A stretch of 64,000 nt of DNA from Candidatus Cloacimonadales bacterium (GCA_963667035.1 OY762964.1:572664-636663), one strand, 5' to 3'; shown: positions 38,397 through 48,625, numbered from the stretch's first letter. Notes: generated from the sequence alone by a model not told the origin. Numbers and translations: made by a program.

Positions 38397-40514
38397 ATGA
38401 AAAAGATTGTTTTGTTCTTAATCAGTATCTATCTTATTATACCTGTATTTTCTATCTATCATAAGATTGGAGAATATGAGCACCCAAGCAATTTCTCCTA
38501 TCTAGCTGTTTCCAATGATAGAGGGTATCTGTCATGCGGTAATGATAGTCTTGTAGTATTAGATGTATCCATTCCTGAGAATCCTCAATTTCGATCAGTA
38601 TATGATACCGGAATAATCATACATGAATTATGCTTGATTGATACTTTATTGTTCATTGGATCGCATGGTTCCGGAGTTCAGATTCTTAATGTGTCTGATT
38701 CCCAGAACCCTGTATTACTCAGTGAATATGTAACATCCGCATATATACGATCAATTAATGTTGTCGGAAATATCGCTTATTTATGTACAATTATGAATGG
38801 TATTGAGATAGTCGATGTTTCAGATGTTTACAATCCACAGCTAATTAGTAATTATAATAATCTTATTGATGCATATTCGATAAAAATAGTAGGGGATATT
38901 GCTTATGTTGCTAACGGTATTCATGGATTAACAGTACTGGATATTTCAGAACCACAAGTTCCGCAACTTGTTAGAACTTATCAGACAGATCAATCCTTAC
39001 ACTATGTAGATGTTGAAGGTGATTTGATGTTTCTCGGTATGCTTTCTATCGGACTGGAAGTATTGAATATTACAGATATAAACAATATTCAACAATTGGA
39101 TAGATATCAGATATCACAGATAATCTTTCTTGATGTTCAGGGAGGGTTATGTCATATTGGAGACAGGGAAAAGGGGTTGTTGGTAATTGATTATTCAACA
39201 CCGGATAATCTAGAGTTAGGTGGTATTTATAACAGTGCAAGAGATAAGAAATCAATTTGTATCTATGATTATTGCGCATACTTGGTAGATGATAGATCTG
39301 ACTTAGATATTATAGATATATCAGAACCGGATATTAATATTCAGAGAAGCAGTTTCTCCGAGTCTGTATCGGTTAATATAGTTAAATCAATAAATAACGC
39401 CACATTCGTTGGAGATGATATCGGAATAAAAGTTTATGATCTCGCTGATATCAATAATCCTATACTACTAAACTCAGTTGAAGTGCCTGAAGGTGTAAGA
39501 GACTTTTTTATTGATGGTAACATTATTTATTTGGCATCACCTCGGAGTGTCTATACATTGAATATTTCTAATTTACAGAATTTGCAGTTAGGCGGTTTTT
39601 ATCATAATGGTGGTTACGGTGAGATAATATCAATAATCTATTCGGATAGTTTGATTTATTATTCTACGACTCATAACGGAATTCGAGTTCTTGATGCAAC
39701 TAATCCACTATCATTGCAATCAATCTGCTCTCATTTCAACAATACCCTTATAAATGATATGCAGATTTCAGGAGATATAGTGAAAGCTGCATGCGGTTGG
39801 ACAGGGTTAGTTACTTTCGATGTATCTAATCCACCTATACCTAATCAGGTTTGTCAGTTAGATATTACCGATTATGCTAAGAAGATTGTTCAAAATTCTC
39901 AAGTAGTTTACATCGCAACAGGCAAGAACGGTTTAAAAGTCATTGATACTTCAAACATGTCAGATTGTTATTGTTGTGAAACTATATTGCCAAGAGAAAC
40001 AAGTAGTATTGATGATTGTTTTATCTATAACAACTGCCTGATTATTTGTGATAGTAACTGGAATGAAATCAGTATATATGATATCAGTAATCCACTACAA
40101 CCACGATTAGTTGATTCTTTTCAATGGAATTTACATGTAAATAATATAGATGTCGAGGATGATATACTGTTCTTAGCCAATGGTTCGAATGGTGTTAGTA
40201 CTCTTGAATCGGTTTTTCTAACAAACAATCACGAGGAGATTCAAGAGATACAGAAGTTAATATCATTAAGTAATTTTCCCAATCCCTTCAATCCTGAAAC
40301 AACAATATCATTTCAGTTAACCAAAAGTTCTTATGTAACTCTAAAAGTATACAATATCAAAGGTGAGTTAATAGAAACACTGATTTCAGGAAATGTCCTC
40401 GCCGGTAGCCATAGCTATGAATGGAAACCTGAGAATGTAGCAAGTGGAGTATACTTCTGTAGATTATCTGATGGTAAGAAGACAGTCACTCAAAAGCTAA
40501 TATTGTTAAAATAG
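38397..40514 (+). CDS. secreted LVIVD-repeat beta-propeller protein with a T9SS C-terminal sorting domain
   Basis: Signal peptide. Repeated LVIVD-type motifs (LVVLDVS, VQILNVS, IEIVDVS, LTVLDIS, LEVLNIT, LLVIDYS). C-terminal NFPNPFNPETTISFQL…KLILLK Por-secretion CTD. Confidence 0.7.
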   Translation: MKKIVLFLISIYLIIPVFSIYHKIGEYEHPSNFSYLAVSNDRGYLSCGNDSLVVLDVSIPENPQFRSVYDTGIIIHELCLIDTLLFIGSHGSGVQILNVSDSQNPVLLSEYVTSAYIRSINVVGNIAYLCTIMNGIEIVDVSDVYNPQLISNYNNLIDAYSIKIVGDIAYVANGIHGLTVLDISEPQVPQLVRTYQTDQSLHYVDVEGDLMFLGMLSIGLEVLNITDINNIQQLDRYQISQIIFLDVQGGLCHIGDREKGLLVIDYSTPDNLELGGIYNSARDKKSICIYDYCAYLVDDRSDLDIIDISEPDINIQRSSFSESVSVNIVKSINNATFVGDDIGIKVYDLADINNPILLNSVEVPEGVRDFFIDGNIIYLASPRSVYTLNISNLQNLQLGGFYHNGGYGEIISIIYSDSLIYYSTTHNGIRVLDATNPLSLQSICSHFNNTLINDMQISGDIVKAACGWTGLVTFDVSNPPIPNQVCQLDITDYAKKIVQNSQVVYIATGKNGLKVIDTSNMSDCYCCETILPRETSSIDDCFIYNNCLIICDSNWNEISIYDISNPLQPRLVDSFQWNLHVNNIDVEDDILFLANGSNGVSTLESVFLTNNHEEIQEIQKLISLSNFPNPFNPETTISFQLTKSSYVTLKVYNIKGELIETLISGNVLAGSHSYEWKPENVASGVYFCRLSDGKKTVTQKLILLK

Positions 40515-40554
40515 TGCTAACGGGTTTAACATGATTGTCATCATTTTAGATCCT

Positions 40555-40690
40555 AACTGTTTTCTCACATTCCATACTCAACCAACGCACTGCGTTTGCA
40601 CTGTGCAGCCACTATTGAGGCACTGTGCACGCACTGAAACACCGGGTTGGCAGTGCCTTCACAGTGGGATCACAGTGCGAAAAGTGTGCT
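40555..40690. repeat. conserved structured intergenic repeat, copy A (CACTG/CAGTG-rich)
   Basis: About 80 percent identical to the reverse complement of 50591-50717. Shared blocks are aactgttttctcacatt, accaacgcactg, tttgcactgtgcag, cactgaaacaccgggttg and cacagtgg. It contains internally complementary CACTGTG/CACAGTG arms. Confidence 0.7.
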
Positions 40691-40914
40691 TTAGTAATTC
40701 GTTTAAACAATGTGAAGTAATAATTAATAGTACGATTCATCTTTATAAACGAATCAATTACTTGCTTCAAAAGGATAGAATGATGATAATTCAGCTTTGT
40801 TTATTTTTATTGATAATTATGATAGCACTATGAATACCGCATTTAATCGCTAATCAGAACTGTATAATTCAGATATTTAGAAAGGAAAAACAAAAGAGAT
40901 ATTGACAAGAATCA

Positions 40915-40940
40915 GTATACAAACATTCATGTTTGTATAC
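40915..40940. promoter_or_regulatory. perfect 12-bp-arm palindrome (GTATACAAACAT-TC-ATGTTTGTATAC): putative TetR operator overlapping the tetR promoter
   Basis: Palindrome read from the sequence. A TTGACA lies 8 bp upstream. It sits 13 bp before the tetR ATG/RBS. Confidence 0.6.
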
Positions 40941-40952
40941 AAAGAGGAAGAT

Positions 40953-41594
40953 ATGAGAAGAACTAAAAGTGACGCAGAACAAACAAAGCATGACCTGGTT
41001 ATGGCAGCACTTAAGCTATTCAGCGAAAATGGTTATTCAGCTACTAATTTAGCTGATATTGCCAAGCGTGCCGGAACAACCAGAGGTGCAATCTATTGGC
41101 ACTTTGAAAACAAGGATCATTTATTCTCATATCTTATTGAACAAGGCATGAACTATCTATGCAATTATATTGAATATTCATATCAACAGGAAGGCACCTT
41201 CCTAGACAGAACCAAAAGATTATTCGTAAGTTTTAGAGATTTGGATTCCTATGAACTTGCTTTGTTTAATTTCATTAAAGATAATTTCATTCAAGTAAGG
41301 AAAATACCATCCGTTCAGAGTATTTTTGAAACTTTTTACCAAAGAGCGATTAAAGCATTGAACATCGTTGAAAAGGAAGTTTTAATAGCACAGAAGCATG
41401 GTGAGCTTGATGAGAATATTGATTCGGGAGCTTTGAGTGTTTATATTTTGAACTTTCTTGCATTGATAGGAATCAAGAGCAGTCCTGAGATTGATTTGCG
41501 CAATTTAGTGTTGGGAAGAGAAGTTAAGGATTTTTCAGAGGATTTAATAGATTTTGCATTTAAAGGACTAAATAGTATAAAGAAGAAATCGTAA
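40953..41594 (+). CDS. TetR/AcrR-family transcriptional regulator
   Basis: N-terminal HTH typical of TetR (AALKLFSENGYSATNLADIAKRAGTTRGAIYWHFENKDHLF). ATG at 40953 with an AAAGAGGAAG RBS. Located upstream of the RND pump. Confidence 0.8.
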   Translation: MRRTKSDAEQTKHDLVMAALKLFSENGYSATNLADIAKRAGTTRGAIYWHFENKDHLFSYLIEQGMNYLCNYIEYSYQQEGTFLDRTKRLFVSFRDLDSYELALFNFIKDNFIQVRKIPSVQSIFETFYQRAIKALNIVEKEVLIAQKHGELDENIDSGALSVYILNFLALIGIKSSPEIDLRNLVLGREVKDFSEDLIDFAFKGLNSIKKKS

Positions 41595-41630
41595 AAGAAA
41601 TCAGACTTTTGCGACTATTTTTTTATCCCT

Positions 41631-41654
41631 ATACAAACATTCGTGTATGTATAT
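41631..41654. promoter_or_regulatory. second, slightly degenerate copy of the TetR-type operator palindrome, upstream of the RND pump gene
   Basis: TATACAAACATTCGTGTATGTATA. The left arm is identical to the operator at 40915 and the right arm differs at 2 positions. It lies 30 bp before the pump ATG. Confidence 0.55.
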
Positions 41655-41683
41655 AATGAGAATATTTGATAAATGGAGGAAAG

Positions 41684-44600
41684 ATGTTTCTATCGAAAAT
41701 TGCGATAGATAGACCTGTGACGACCTGGGTATTTGTTATTGTGCTTGTACTCATGGGATTACTAGCTTATCAATCAATTCCGCTAAGCTTAGCACCGGAA
41801 ACTAATCTACCCGTGGTTTCTGTACAGATTGTTTATCCTGGTGCAGGTGCGGAAGAGATTCAAAACAATATTACGAAGAAAGTTGAAGATGAAGTTGCAA
41901 CAATCAGTGATTTGGATTACTTCAATTCCTATGTTATGGAAGGAGCTTCCGTAACTACTTTGATTTTTAAGACTTCTAAAGACGAGAATGTAGCTGTTAG
42001 AGAAGTTAAGGATAAAATTGAGCTAATTGCAAACGATTTACCTGACGATGCTTATGAACCTGAGATTTCCAAGTTCGATATAGCATCTGAACCAATTATG
42101 ACTTATTCTATGATAACTTCTTTATCTCCTGCTGATGCAAATGATTTTGCTGAGAACAATCTTGAACCAAGACTCTCAAGAATTACAGGTGTAGCGGAAA
42201 TAGATCTCACCGGTGCTAATGAGAGAGAAATACAGGTAGTTCTAAATAGGAAACAGCTTAGTAAATACGGATTATCTCCATTGCAGCTAGTAAGCTTTCT
42301 GCAAATGAATAATATGAACCTTCCAGGCGGTAGTATCAGAAAAAACGGACATGAATACAGTGTAAAATATGAAGGTGAGTTTAAATCACTGAACGATATA
42401 GCTGATATTCAAGTTCCTACACCTAAAGGAAACAGACATTTAAGTGAACTTGCCGAAATCAGAGAGACAAGTAAGAAACCTCAGGACTTAAGTAGATTTC
42501 ACGATTCACAGAGTTCATTGGAAGGTGAAAACCTTACAGTTATCAATATGGGTGTCATCAAGCTTAACTCAGCTAATGTTGTGAAAGTGGCCGAACAGGT
42601 GAGAGCTGATATGGAACAGCTTAAAAAAGAGTTACCTGATAACATTGATATTATTCTGGCAGAGGATAGTTCAACTTTCGTTAAGAACTCCGTTAGAGAT
42701 ACACTCTCATCAATATACATGGGTATTATATTCACAGCCCTTGTGCTATTATTATTCTTACACGATTTGAGAAGTACATTCGTTGTTGCTATCTCAATGC
42801 CGGTAGTGTTAATAGCAACATTCATGCTCGTGAATGGAGCAGGATTCACTCTCAATATCATGTCATTAATGGCTATGAGTGTATCGGTGGGAACGCTAGT
42901 TACGAACTCGGTTGTGATTCTGGAGAATATTGACAGATACATTAAGATGGGAATGAATAAAATTGAAGCTTCAAATAAAGGGACATCAGAGATTGCAGTT
43001 GCCGTTATAGCTTCAACAGTTACTAACATCGTTGTGTTTGTGCCAATTGCTACAATGCAATCAATGGTTGGATCTATCTTTAAAGAATTCGGGCTTACAG
43101 TTGTGTTTATAATGGTACTTTCAATCATAATCAGTTTTACTCTTACACCAATGCTTGCATCTCAAATCATTAAAGTGAAGGGTAAGAAATCTAAGAACAG
43201 TTTTGGAAAGAGATTTGAAGATGGATTTGAAAAACTTGCTGTGTCATACAAGAACTCGGTTAAATGGGTTGTTTCTTCACCTGCTAAGAGATTCTCGGTT
43301 ATTATCTTCTCTATATTGATTCTTGTTCTTGTTGCAGTAACACTAGGAAAAGGGATAGGAACCGAATTCGTACCTTATGTTGATGATGGTGTTATTCAAG
43401 TTACTGCTGAATTCCCTGCTTATTATGATTTGGATAAAACATCCGATAAGTTCATGGAAATGGAAAAAATAATAACTTCTCATGATGAAGTAGATAAAGT
43501 TATCGTTAATATTGGTTCTCTTGACATGACTGAAGGTGTATATGTCGGAAAGATTCGTATCTTCTTGAAGAAGGATAGAGAACAAACCACAACAAGTATA
43601 GCTAGAATAATGACTCAAGAACTCTCTGCTATTCCTGACGGATTGATTAAAGTTGCGGAAGTATCTCAATTTGAGACGCCTAGTAAACCTATTCAATTTG
43701 ATATAATGGGAACTGATCTTGAAGAAGTTAGGAAGCTTACTCAGCAAGTATTTGAAATTGCAGGAAATGTAGAAGGAGCACTTAACGTGGATACTGATAT
43801 TCGTGCAGGTAAGCCGGAATACAAGTTTGTTCCCGATAGAAAGAAACTTGCTGATGCAGGTGTAAATGTTTATGACATTGCAATGACTCTTAGGACCACA
43901 ATTGAGGGTGTTGAATCTTCAACTTACCGCATTAATGGTGAAGAGTATGATATCAGAGTATTGCTTGATAATCAGAATATAAATGATGAAGATAAGCTAA
44001 GAGATATTCCTATCCTTACATCCCTCGGAGAGAAACATCTTTCTGATTTGGGAAAAGTGGAACTCACCGAAGCTCCTACAATGATTTATAGAAAGAATAA
44101 GCTTATCATGCATTCAGTAACCGCTAGTATTGGTAGTAGAACACTTGGTGATATCGTGGGAGATATACAAAAAGGTATAGATGAAAAGATTACTATACCA
44201 AGCGAGTTCAAGATTGAGCAAGGTGGCGACGCTAAGCTTCAAAACGAAGCTATGGTTGATTTATCTCGTGCTTTCTTGATTGCTCTTGTACTTACTTTCC
44301 TTCTTATTGTGGCAATCTTGGAATCATGGAGTCAAGGTGTTATTATCATGACAACTATCCCTCTTTCGTTGATAGGTGTTATAACAGGACTCTCCATGTT
44401 TGGCGTTGCCTTAAACATCTTTGCGATGATGGCGGTGGTTATGCTAATCGGTATTGTTGTGAATAACGCTATTATCATTCTGGACTACACTAACCATCTT
44501 CACAGAAGCGGACTTGATAAAGTATCTGCTATCCTTGAAGCATCACATACAAAGCTGAGAGCTATTGTTATGGCTACATTAGCATCAGTACTTGGTATGT

Positions 44601-44761
44601 TACCTCTTGCTCTGGGATTGGGTGCCGGTGCAGAGTTGCGTCAAGGTGTTGGTGTTGTATCAATGGGAGGTTTGTTAACTTCAGCGATACTCACATTGTA
44701 TGTGATACCTGTAATATATGTTCAATTCACTAAAAAGAAAATAGTTAATACGGAGGTCTGA
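41684..44761 (+). CDS. RND-family multidrug efflux transporter (AcrB/HAE1-like)
   Basis: About 1030 aa with 12 TM in a 1+5/1+5 arrangement around two large periplasmic loops. The N-terminal MFLSKIAIDRPVTTWVF is typical of AcrB. ATG at 41684 follows a GGAGGAAAG RBS. Confidence 0.85.
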   Translation: MFLSKIAIDRPVTTWVFVIVLVLMGLLAYQSIPLSLAPETNLPVVSVQIVYPGAGAEEIQNNITKKVEDEVATISDLDYFNSYVMEGASVTTLIFKTSKDENVAVREVKDKIELIANDLPDDAYEPEISKFDIASEPIMTYSMITSLSPADANDFAENNLEPRLSRITGVAEIDLTGANEREIQVVLNRKQLSKYGLSPLQLVSFLQMNNMNLPGGSIRKNGHEYSVKYEGEFKSLNDIADIQVPTPKGNRHLSELAEIRETSKKPQDLSRFHDSQSSLEGENLTVINMGVIKLNSANVVKVAEQVRADMEQLKKELPDNIDIILAEDSSTFVKNSVRDTLSSIYMGIIFTALVLLLFLHDLRSTFVVAISMPVVLIATFMLVNGAGFTLNIMSLMAMSVSVGTLVTNSVVILENIDRYIKMGMNKIEASNKGTSEIAVAVIASTVTNIVVFVPIATMQSMVGSIFKEFGLTVVFIMVLSIIISFTLTPMLASQIIKVKGKKSKNSFGKRFEDGFEKLAVSYKNSVKWVVSSPAKRFSVIIFSILILVLVAVTLGKGIGTEFVPYVDDGVIQVTAEFPAYYDLDKTSDKFMEMEKIITSHDEVDKVIVNIGSLDMTEGVYVGKIRIFLKKDREQTTTSIARIMTQELSAIPDGLIKVAEVSQFETPSKPIQFDIMGTDLEEVRKLTQQVFEIAGNVEGALNVDTDIRAGKPEYKFVPDRKKLADAGVNVYDIAMTLRTTIEGVESSTYRINGEEYDIRVLLDNQNINDEDKLRDIPILTSLGEKHLSDLGKVELTEAPTMIYRKNKLIMHSVTASIGSRTLGDIVGDIQKGIDEKITIPSEFKIEQGGDAKLQNEAMVDLSRAFLIALVLTFLLIVAILESWSQGVIIMTTIPLSLIGVITGLSMFGVALNIFAMMAVVMLIGIVVNNAIIILDYTNHLHRSGLDKVSAILEASHTKLRAIVMATLASVLGMLPLALGLGAGAELRQGVGVVSMGGLLTSAILTLYVIPVIYVQFTKKKIVNTEV

Positions 44762-45138
44762 TGTATACCCTACAAGAAACTCTAAATTTTCATGCTTCCC
44801 ATCAGATTAAGATTAATGATGAACACGAAAGCATTATGCATACACATCAGTGGTATGTTAGAATTACGGTTGGATTTACTGAACTTGATAAATACGGTAT
44901 AAGTATGGAGTTTAACTACTTTCAGAATCAAGTTAGAGATATAATAAATCATTTCGATAACAGTCTCTTGAATGACCTTAAAGATTTTGAACATGAACAG
45001 CCTACTGTTGAGAACGTAGCTAGAATCATGTTTGAGAAGTTTGCTCATGATATAAACACAGATAACAAGAAGATTCATAAAGTGGAACTGTGGGTTAATC
45101 CAAGCAGAGTCATTTCATATAATGGTCAGGGGGCATAA
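44761..45138 (+). CDS. 6-pyruvoyl-tetrahydropterin synthase (QueD/PTPS)-fold protein embedded in the efflux operon
   Basis: 125 aa. The FHASHQ…E…MHTHQW pattern parallels the PTPS zinc-binding His triad (F.AAH…E…HGH), but the catalytic Cys is absent. It overlaps the RND and TolC-like genes with ATGA-type junctions. Confidence 0.45.
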   Translation: MYTLQETLNFHASHQIKINDEHESIMHTHQWYVRITVGFTELDKYGISMEFNYFQNQVRDIINHFDNSLLNDLKDFEHEQPTVENVARIMFEKFAHDINTDNKKIHKVELWVNPSRVISYNGQGA

Positions 45139-46421
45139 TGTTTAGTAGAATTAAATTAATCGCTGTCATTATCTTAGTGTCCGTTAGTATGGGATTGTTT
45201 AGTGAAACTATCACCTTAGATGATGCAATCAATATTGCTTTAAAGCAAAGTGATGATATTCTAACGGCAAAAGAGGACTTAAAAAACTCAAAGTATCGAT
45301 TCCGTGAAGCATTAGCAAATGCTTTCCCTAAGATTGATGCAAGCTTAACAGCAGTTCATAAAGCTTATACATCCAATGATCTTTATGATCAACAGGAAGA
45401 TAAAGCACTTGATGGTGAGATAAGCATTGTGCAGCCTCTTTGGGTTGGTGGAAAAGTCGGTACAGGCATTAAAATTGCCAAAGTTTATAGTAAGCTTTCA
45501 AAAGAATCTCTAGAAATGCAGAAAGCAAAAACTTGTGTGGCAATAACCCAAAGTTTCAATGATGTTCTATTAGCTAAAGAAGCTTATGAAGTTATCAAAG
45601 CAACAAAAACAGACGCTCTTGAAAATCTGAGAGTGGCTGAAACAATGTATGCTCAAGAATTGATTTCCGAGTATGAAGTGATTAAAGCACGAGTCGGAGT
45701 TAAATCTATTGAACCGATGCTCGTAGAATACAATAATAATTACAGACTTGCTTTGAATAAGTTCAAGACAGACTTAGGTATGGAATTGGATGCAGATTTA
45801 GTTCTTGATGGTAAACTGGAGTATAATCCTGTTCTTCCTGATACAACTAATTATCTTCAAAGAGTACTTGATAACAGAAGAGAACTATCAATCCTAAAGA
45901 AATCAAACAAGATGTATAGACAGAGCAAGAGAATCGCCTACGGTGATTTGTTACCTACTATAGCCGCTGTGGGCTCCTTCACTTCTCAGGCAAGTCAGGA
46001 TGAATTCTCTGATATGTTCAAAGATGACTTCAATATACGCAAGTTCAATGTTGGTATCAATATTAGCATTCCTTTATTCCATGGAGACACTTATGCTAAG
46101 ATTCAACAAGCTAAAAGTAGTATTAGAAAGTCTGATATTGAGTTAAGAAAGGCAAAGAGATTACTTCAACTTGAAGCCGAGTCAACATACCGTAACCTGT
46201 TACAAGCATCAGAGCAAATCAGCTTACAGGAAGATGTTGTAAATGAGAGTCAAAAAGCTTTGGATATTGCAAATGTCAGATTTAGTAATGGCATAGGCTC
46301 ACAAATAGAAGTTATTGATGCTCAAACGAATTTGCGTAACAGCCGTCTACAATTGCTTTCAGCAATTCATAATTTCACTAATTCAGTCATAGAATTCAAG
46401 TATGCAAGCGGATTATTATAA
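45138..46421 (+). CDS. TolC-family outer-membrane efflux protein
   Basis: Signal peptide and two tandem OEP repeats with a coiled-coil heptad pattern. About 430 aa. Operon position matches an RND system. Confidence 0.7.
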   Translation: MFSRIKLIAVIILVSVSMGLFSETITLDDAINIALKQSDDILTAKEDLKNSKYRFREALANAFPKIDASLTAVHKAYTSNDLYDQQEDKALDGEISIVQPLWVGGKVGTGIKIAKVYSKLSKESLEMQKAKTCVAITQSFNDVLLAKEAYEVIKATKTDALENLRVAETMYAQELISEYEVIKARVGVKSIEPMLVEYNNNYRLALNKFKTDLGMELDADLVLDGKLEYNPVLPDTTNYLQRVLDNRRELSILKKSNKMYRQSKRIAYGDLLPTIAAVGSFTSQASQDEFSDMFKDDFNIRKFNVGINISIPLFHGDTYAKIQQAKSSIRKSDIELRKAKRLLQLEAESTYRNLLQASEQISLQEDVVNESQKALDIANVRFSNGIGSQIEVIDAQTNLRNSRLQLLSAIHNFTNSVIEFKYASGLL

Positions 46422-46431
46422 GGAGAACATC

Positions 46432-47481
46432 ATGAAAAGAATATATATTATAGCGATAGCATTAATGCTCGTATTATTAGTTGGCTGTTCATCTGAAGAG
46501 GTACAGCAACCTAAATCAATTGCAGATATTCAGGAAGCAGAAGGTATTCCTGTTAAGATAGATAAAGTTAAAACAAGTAAACTGGAAAGATGGGAAGAGT
46601 TCCAGTCAACACTTGAAGGAGCCAAAGAGTCTGAAGTGTTTGGACTTCTTAGTGATAATCTATTCCGTATTAACGTTAGTCTTGGAGACTATGTTGAAGC
46701 AGGTGAAGTAATTGCCGAGTACTCAACTGAATCTCCAACAGCAAAGTATACACAAGCTTTTTTAGCTAAAGATATAGCAGAGAAAACTTACAATAGAATG
46801 CTTACAGTATACAATGCCGGTGGTATATCAAGACAAGATCTTGATAATGTTAAGACACAATACGATGTCGCTATTCAGGATTTTAGAGCAGTATCTAAGA
46901 TGGTAAAAGTACAAGCTCCTATTTCGGGTATAGTTTCTGAAATAAATTATGATGAAGGTGATTTTTGTTCTCCTTCATCTCCATTAGCTAAAATAGTTGA
47001 TTCATCAGTACTCAAAGCAACTATAACAGTAGATGAAACAAAGATAAACAACTTCAAAAAGAATCTACCTGCTGTTATCAGTTGGGATGCCATTGGTGGC
47101 AAAACTTTTAAAGGTAAAGTAACAGCTATCTCATTATCAGCTAATCCTCAAAAGCGTGGCTTTGCAGTGGATGTAATGATTAATAATCATAATAACGAGC
47201 TAAAAGCAGGTGCTTTTGTAACAGTTAAAGTAAACACAAAGACAAATGCGGAAGCTATAATTATTAACAGACTCTCAGTAGTTACCGAAAACAATAAGGA
47301 TTACGTTTACGTAGTAAAAAATGACAAAGCTGTAAAACAAAAAGTAGTTACCGGGGACGTTGTTTCTGATAAAATAGAGATAATCTCAGGACTAACACTT
47401 AACGACTCATACGTTGTTGAAGGTCAGAGCAGAGTCAAAGACGGAATTAAAGTAAATATTGTGAAAACAAATCAATCATAA
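46432..47481 (+). CDS. efflux RND periplasmic adaptor (membrane-fusion protein), lipoprotein
   Basis: MKRIYIIAIALMLVLLVGCS lipobox. Biotinyl/lipoyl-like and beta-barrel MFP domains (…PISGIVSEINYDEGDF…). Confidence 0.7.
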   Translation: MKRIYIIAIALMLVLLVGCSSEEVQQPKSIADIQEAEGIPVKIDKVKTSKLERWEEFQSTLEGAKESEVFGLLSDNLFRINVSLGDYVEAGEVIAEYSTESPTAKYTQAFLAKDIAEKTYNRMLTVYNAGGISRQDLDNVKTQYDVAIQDFRAVSKMVKVQAPISGIVSEINYDEGDFCSPSSPLAKIVDSSVLKATITVDETKINNFKKNLPAVISWDAIGGKTFKGKVTAISLSANPQKRGFAVDVMINNHNNELKAGAFVTVKVNTKTNAEAIIINRLSVVTENNKDYVYVVKNDKAVKQKVVTGDVVSDKIEIISGLTLNDSYVVEGQSRVKDGIKVNIVKTNQS

Positions 47482-47541
47482 TCACTCCAAGGGTTAGCAT
47501 GTAGTATAATCCCCAATGGCTAACCCCCTCTCAAGTAGCCT

Positions 47542-47576
47542 AGAGAGTGCGTAGCCCTTACGCACTCTCTTTTTTA
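47542..47576 (+). terminator. rho-independent terminator
   Basis: AGAGAGTGCGTA-gccctt-ACGCACTCTCT hairpin plus TTTTTTAT. Confidence 0.75.
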
Positions 47577-47669
47577 TGGATTAATTTAACACTTATATGA
47601 ATTCTTCCAAGATTTTTGTTGCTAAAGTATTTGCTTATGCTAAACAATGAGTAACTATTAGGAGGTGTA

Positions 47670-48605
47670 ATGAGTAAGAAAGAAATTGAGTGGTCTGATA
47701 GTAAGTATAAGAAGATGTTGATTGAGCAGCGAAGAGATTTATGGAATAAAGATACAATTGAAATGCTCTCAAAGTGGTTTGGTTTACATTCAGGTATGAA
47801 AGTAGCGGATATTGGTTGTGGATTAGGTTATTTAGGTTTAACATTCTGGGAGTATTTCGGTGATGCAGGTTCATATACCGGGGTTGATAAATCACAAAAC
47901 CTTGTAACCGAGGCTAAGGATATGGCAAAAGAGTGGAGTCAGAATGGTAATGTAAACTTTATTCATGGTGATGTGTATAACTTACCATTAGATAATGACT
48001 CATACGATGTTGTGATGTGTCAGACTCTTCTCATGCATCTTGAGTTTCCTGATAAGGCTTTACAGGAGATGAAAAGAATTCTCAAGTCGGGAGGATTGAT
48101 TGTTTGTATAGAACCTGATAATCTATGCAATTCAACAAGACCGGTAGTCTCATCTCTTGTTGATGAATCTCTGGAAGATTTACTGCTACGTACTAAGATT
48201 TATTATTATAGATTTAAGGGGTATAAAAAGCTTGGTTATGGAGATTTTACAATTGGTTCAAAGTTACCTAAACTTCTCTCAGAGGCCGGATTTAGTAATA
48301 TAGACGCAAGAGCCGGTGACAAAATAAGGTTTACAATACCACCTTATGGTGAGGATATGCATACAAAAGCTAAAGAAGCTGATAACAAAAGTGTAGATAA
48401 ATCAAGTGAAAAAGATTGGAAGCAATCAACCAGAAGAGATGTACTAGCAGGGGGAGGTACAGAATACCTACTCCGAAAGTACTTCAAGATGAATGAGAAG
48501 TATAGGGAGATGAGTAAAGCGAGAGTTCTTAAGCAAATAGAAGAAGATGAATATTATAGTTTTAGTTTTCATAATCTCTATGTTGCTATAGGAAGAAAAG
48601 AATAG
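47670..48605 (+). CDS. class I SAM-dependent methyltransferase
   Basis: Motif I VADIGCGLGYLG plus acidic motif II/III spacing (HGDVYNLP…DVVMCQ). Confidence 0.7.
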   Translation: MSKKEIEWSDSKYKKMLIEQRRDLWNKDTIEMLSKWFGLHSGMKVADIGCGLGYLGLTFWEYFGDAGSYTGVDKSQNLVTEAKDMAKEWSQNGNVNFIHGDVYNLPLDNDSYDVVMCQTLLMHLEFPDKALQEMKRILKSGGLIVCIEPDNLCNSTRPVVSSLVDESLEDLLLRTKIYYYRFKGYKKLGYGDFTIGSKLPKLLSEAGFSNIDARAGDKIRFTIPPYGEDMHTKAKEADNKSVDKSSEKDWKQSTRRDVLAGGGTEYLLRKYFKMNEKYREMSKARVLKQIEEDEYYSFSFHNLYVAIGRKE

Positions 48606-48625
48606 GAATTATATACAAATAAACT

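Noticed and set aside
40531-40833. 100-aa ORF (…HTQPTHCVCTVQPLLRHCARTETPGWQC…) on the plus strand
   Set aside because: It is a translation through copy A of the CACTG/CAGTG structured repeat. The similar peptide from the 50621-50851 minus-strand ORF is the same repeat translated in the other copy. Conservation is at the nucleotide level with variable spacers, there is no RBS, and the amino-acid content is Cys/His/Thr-rich low complexity.
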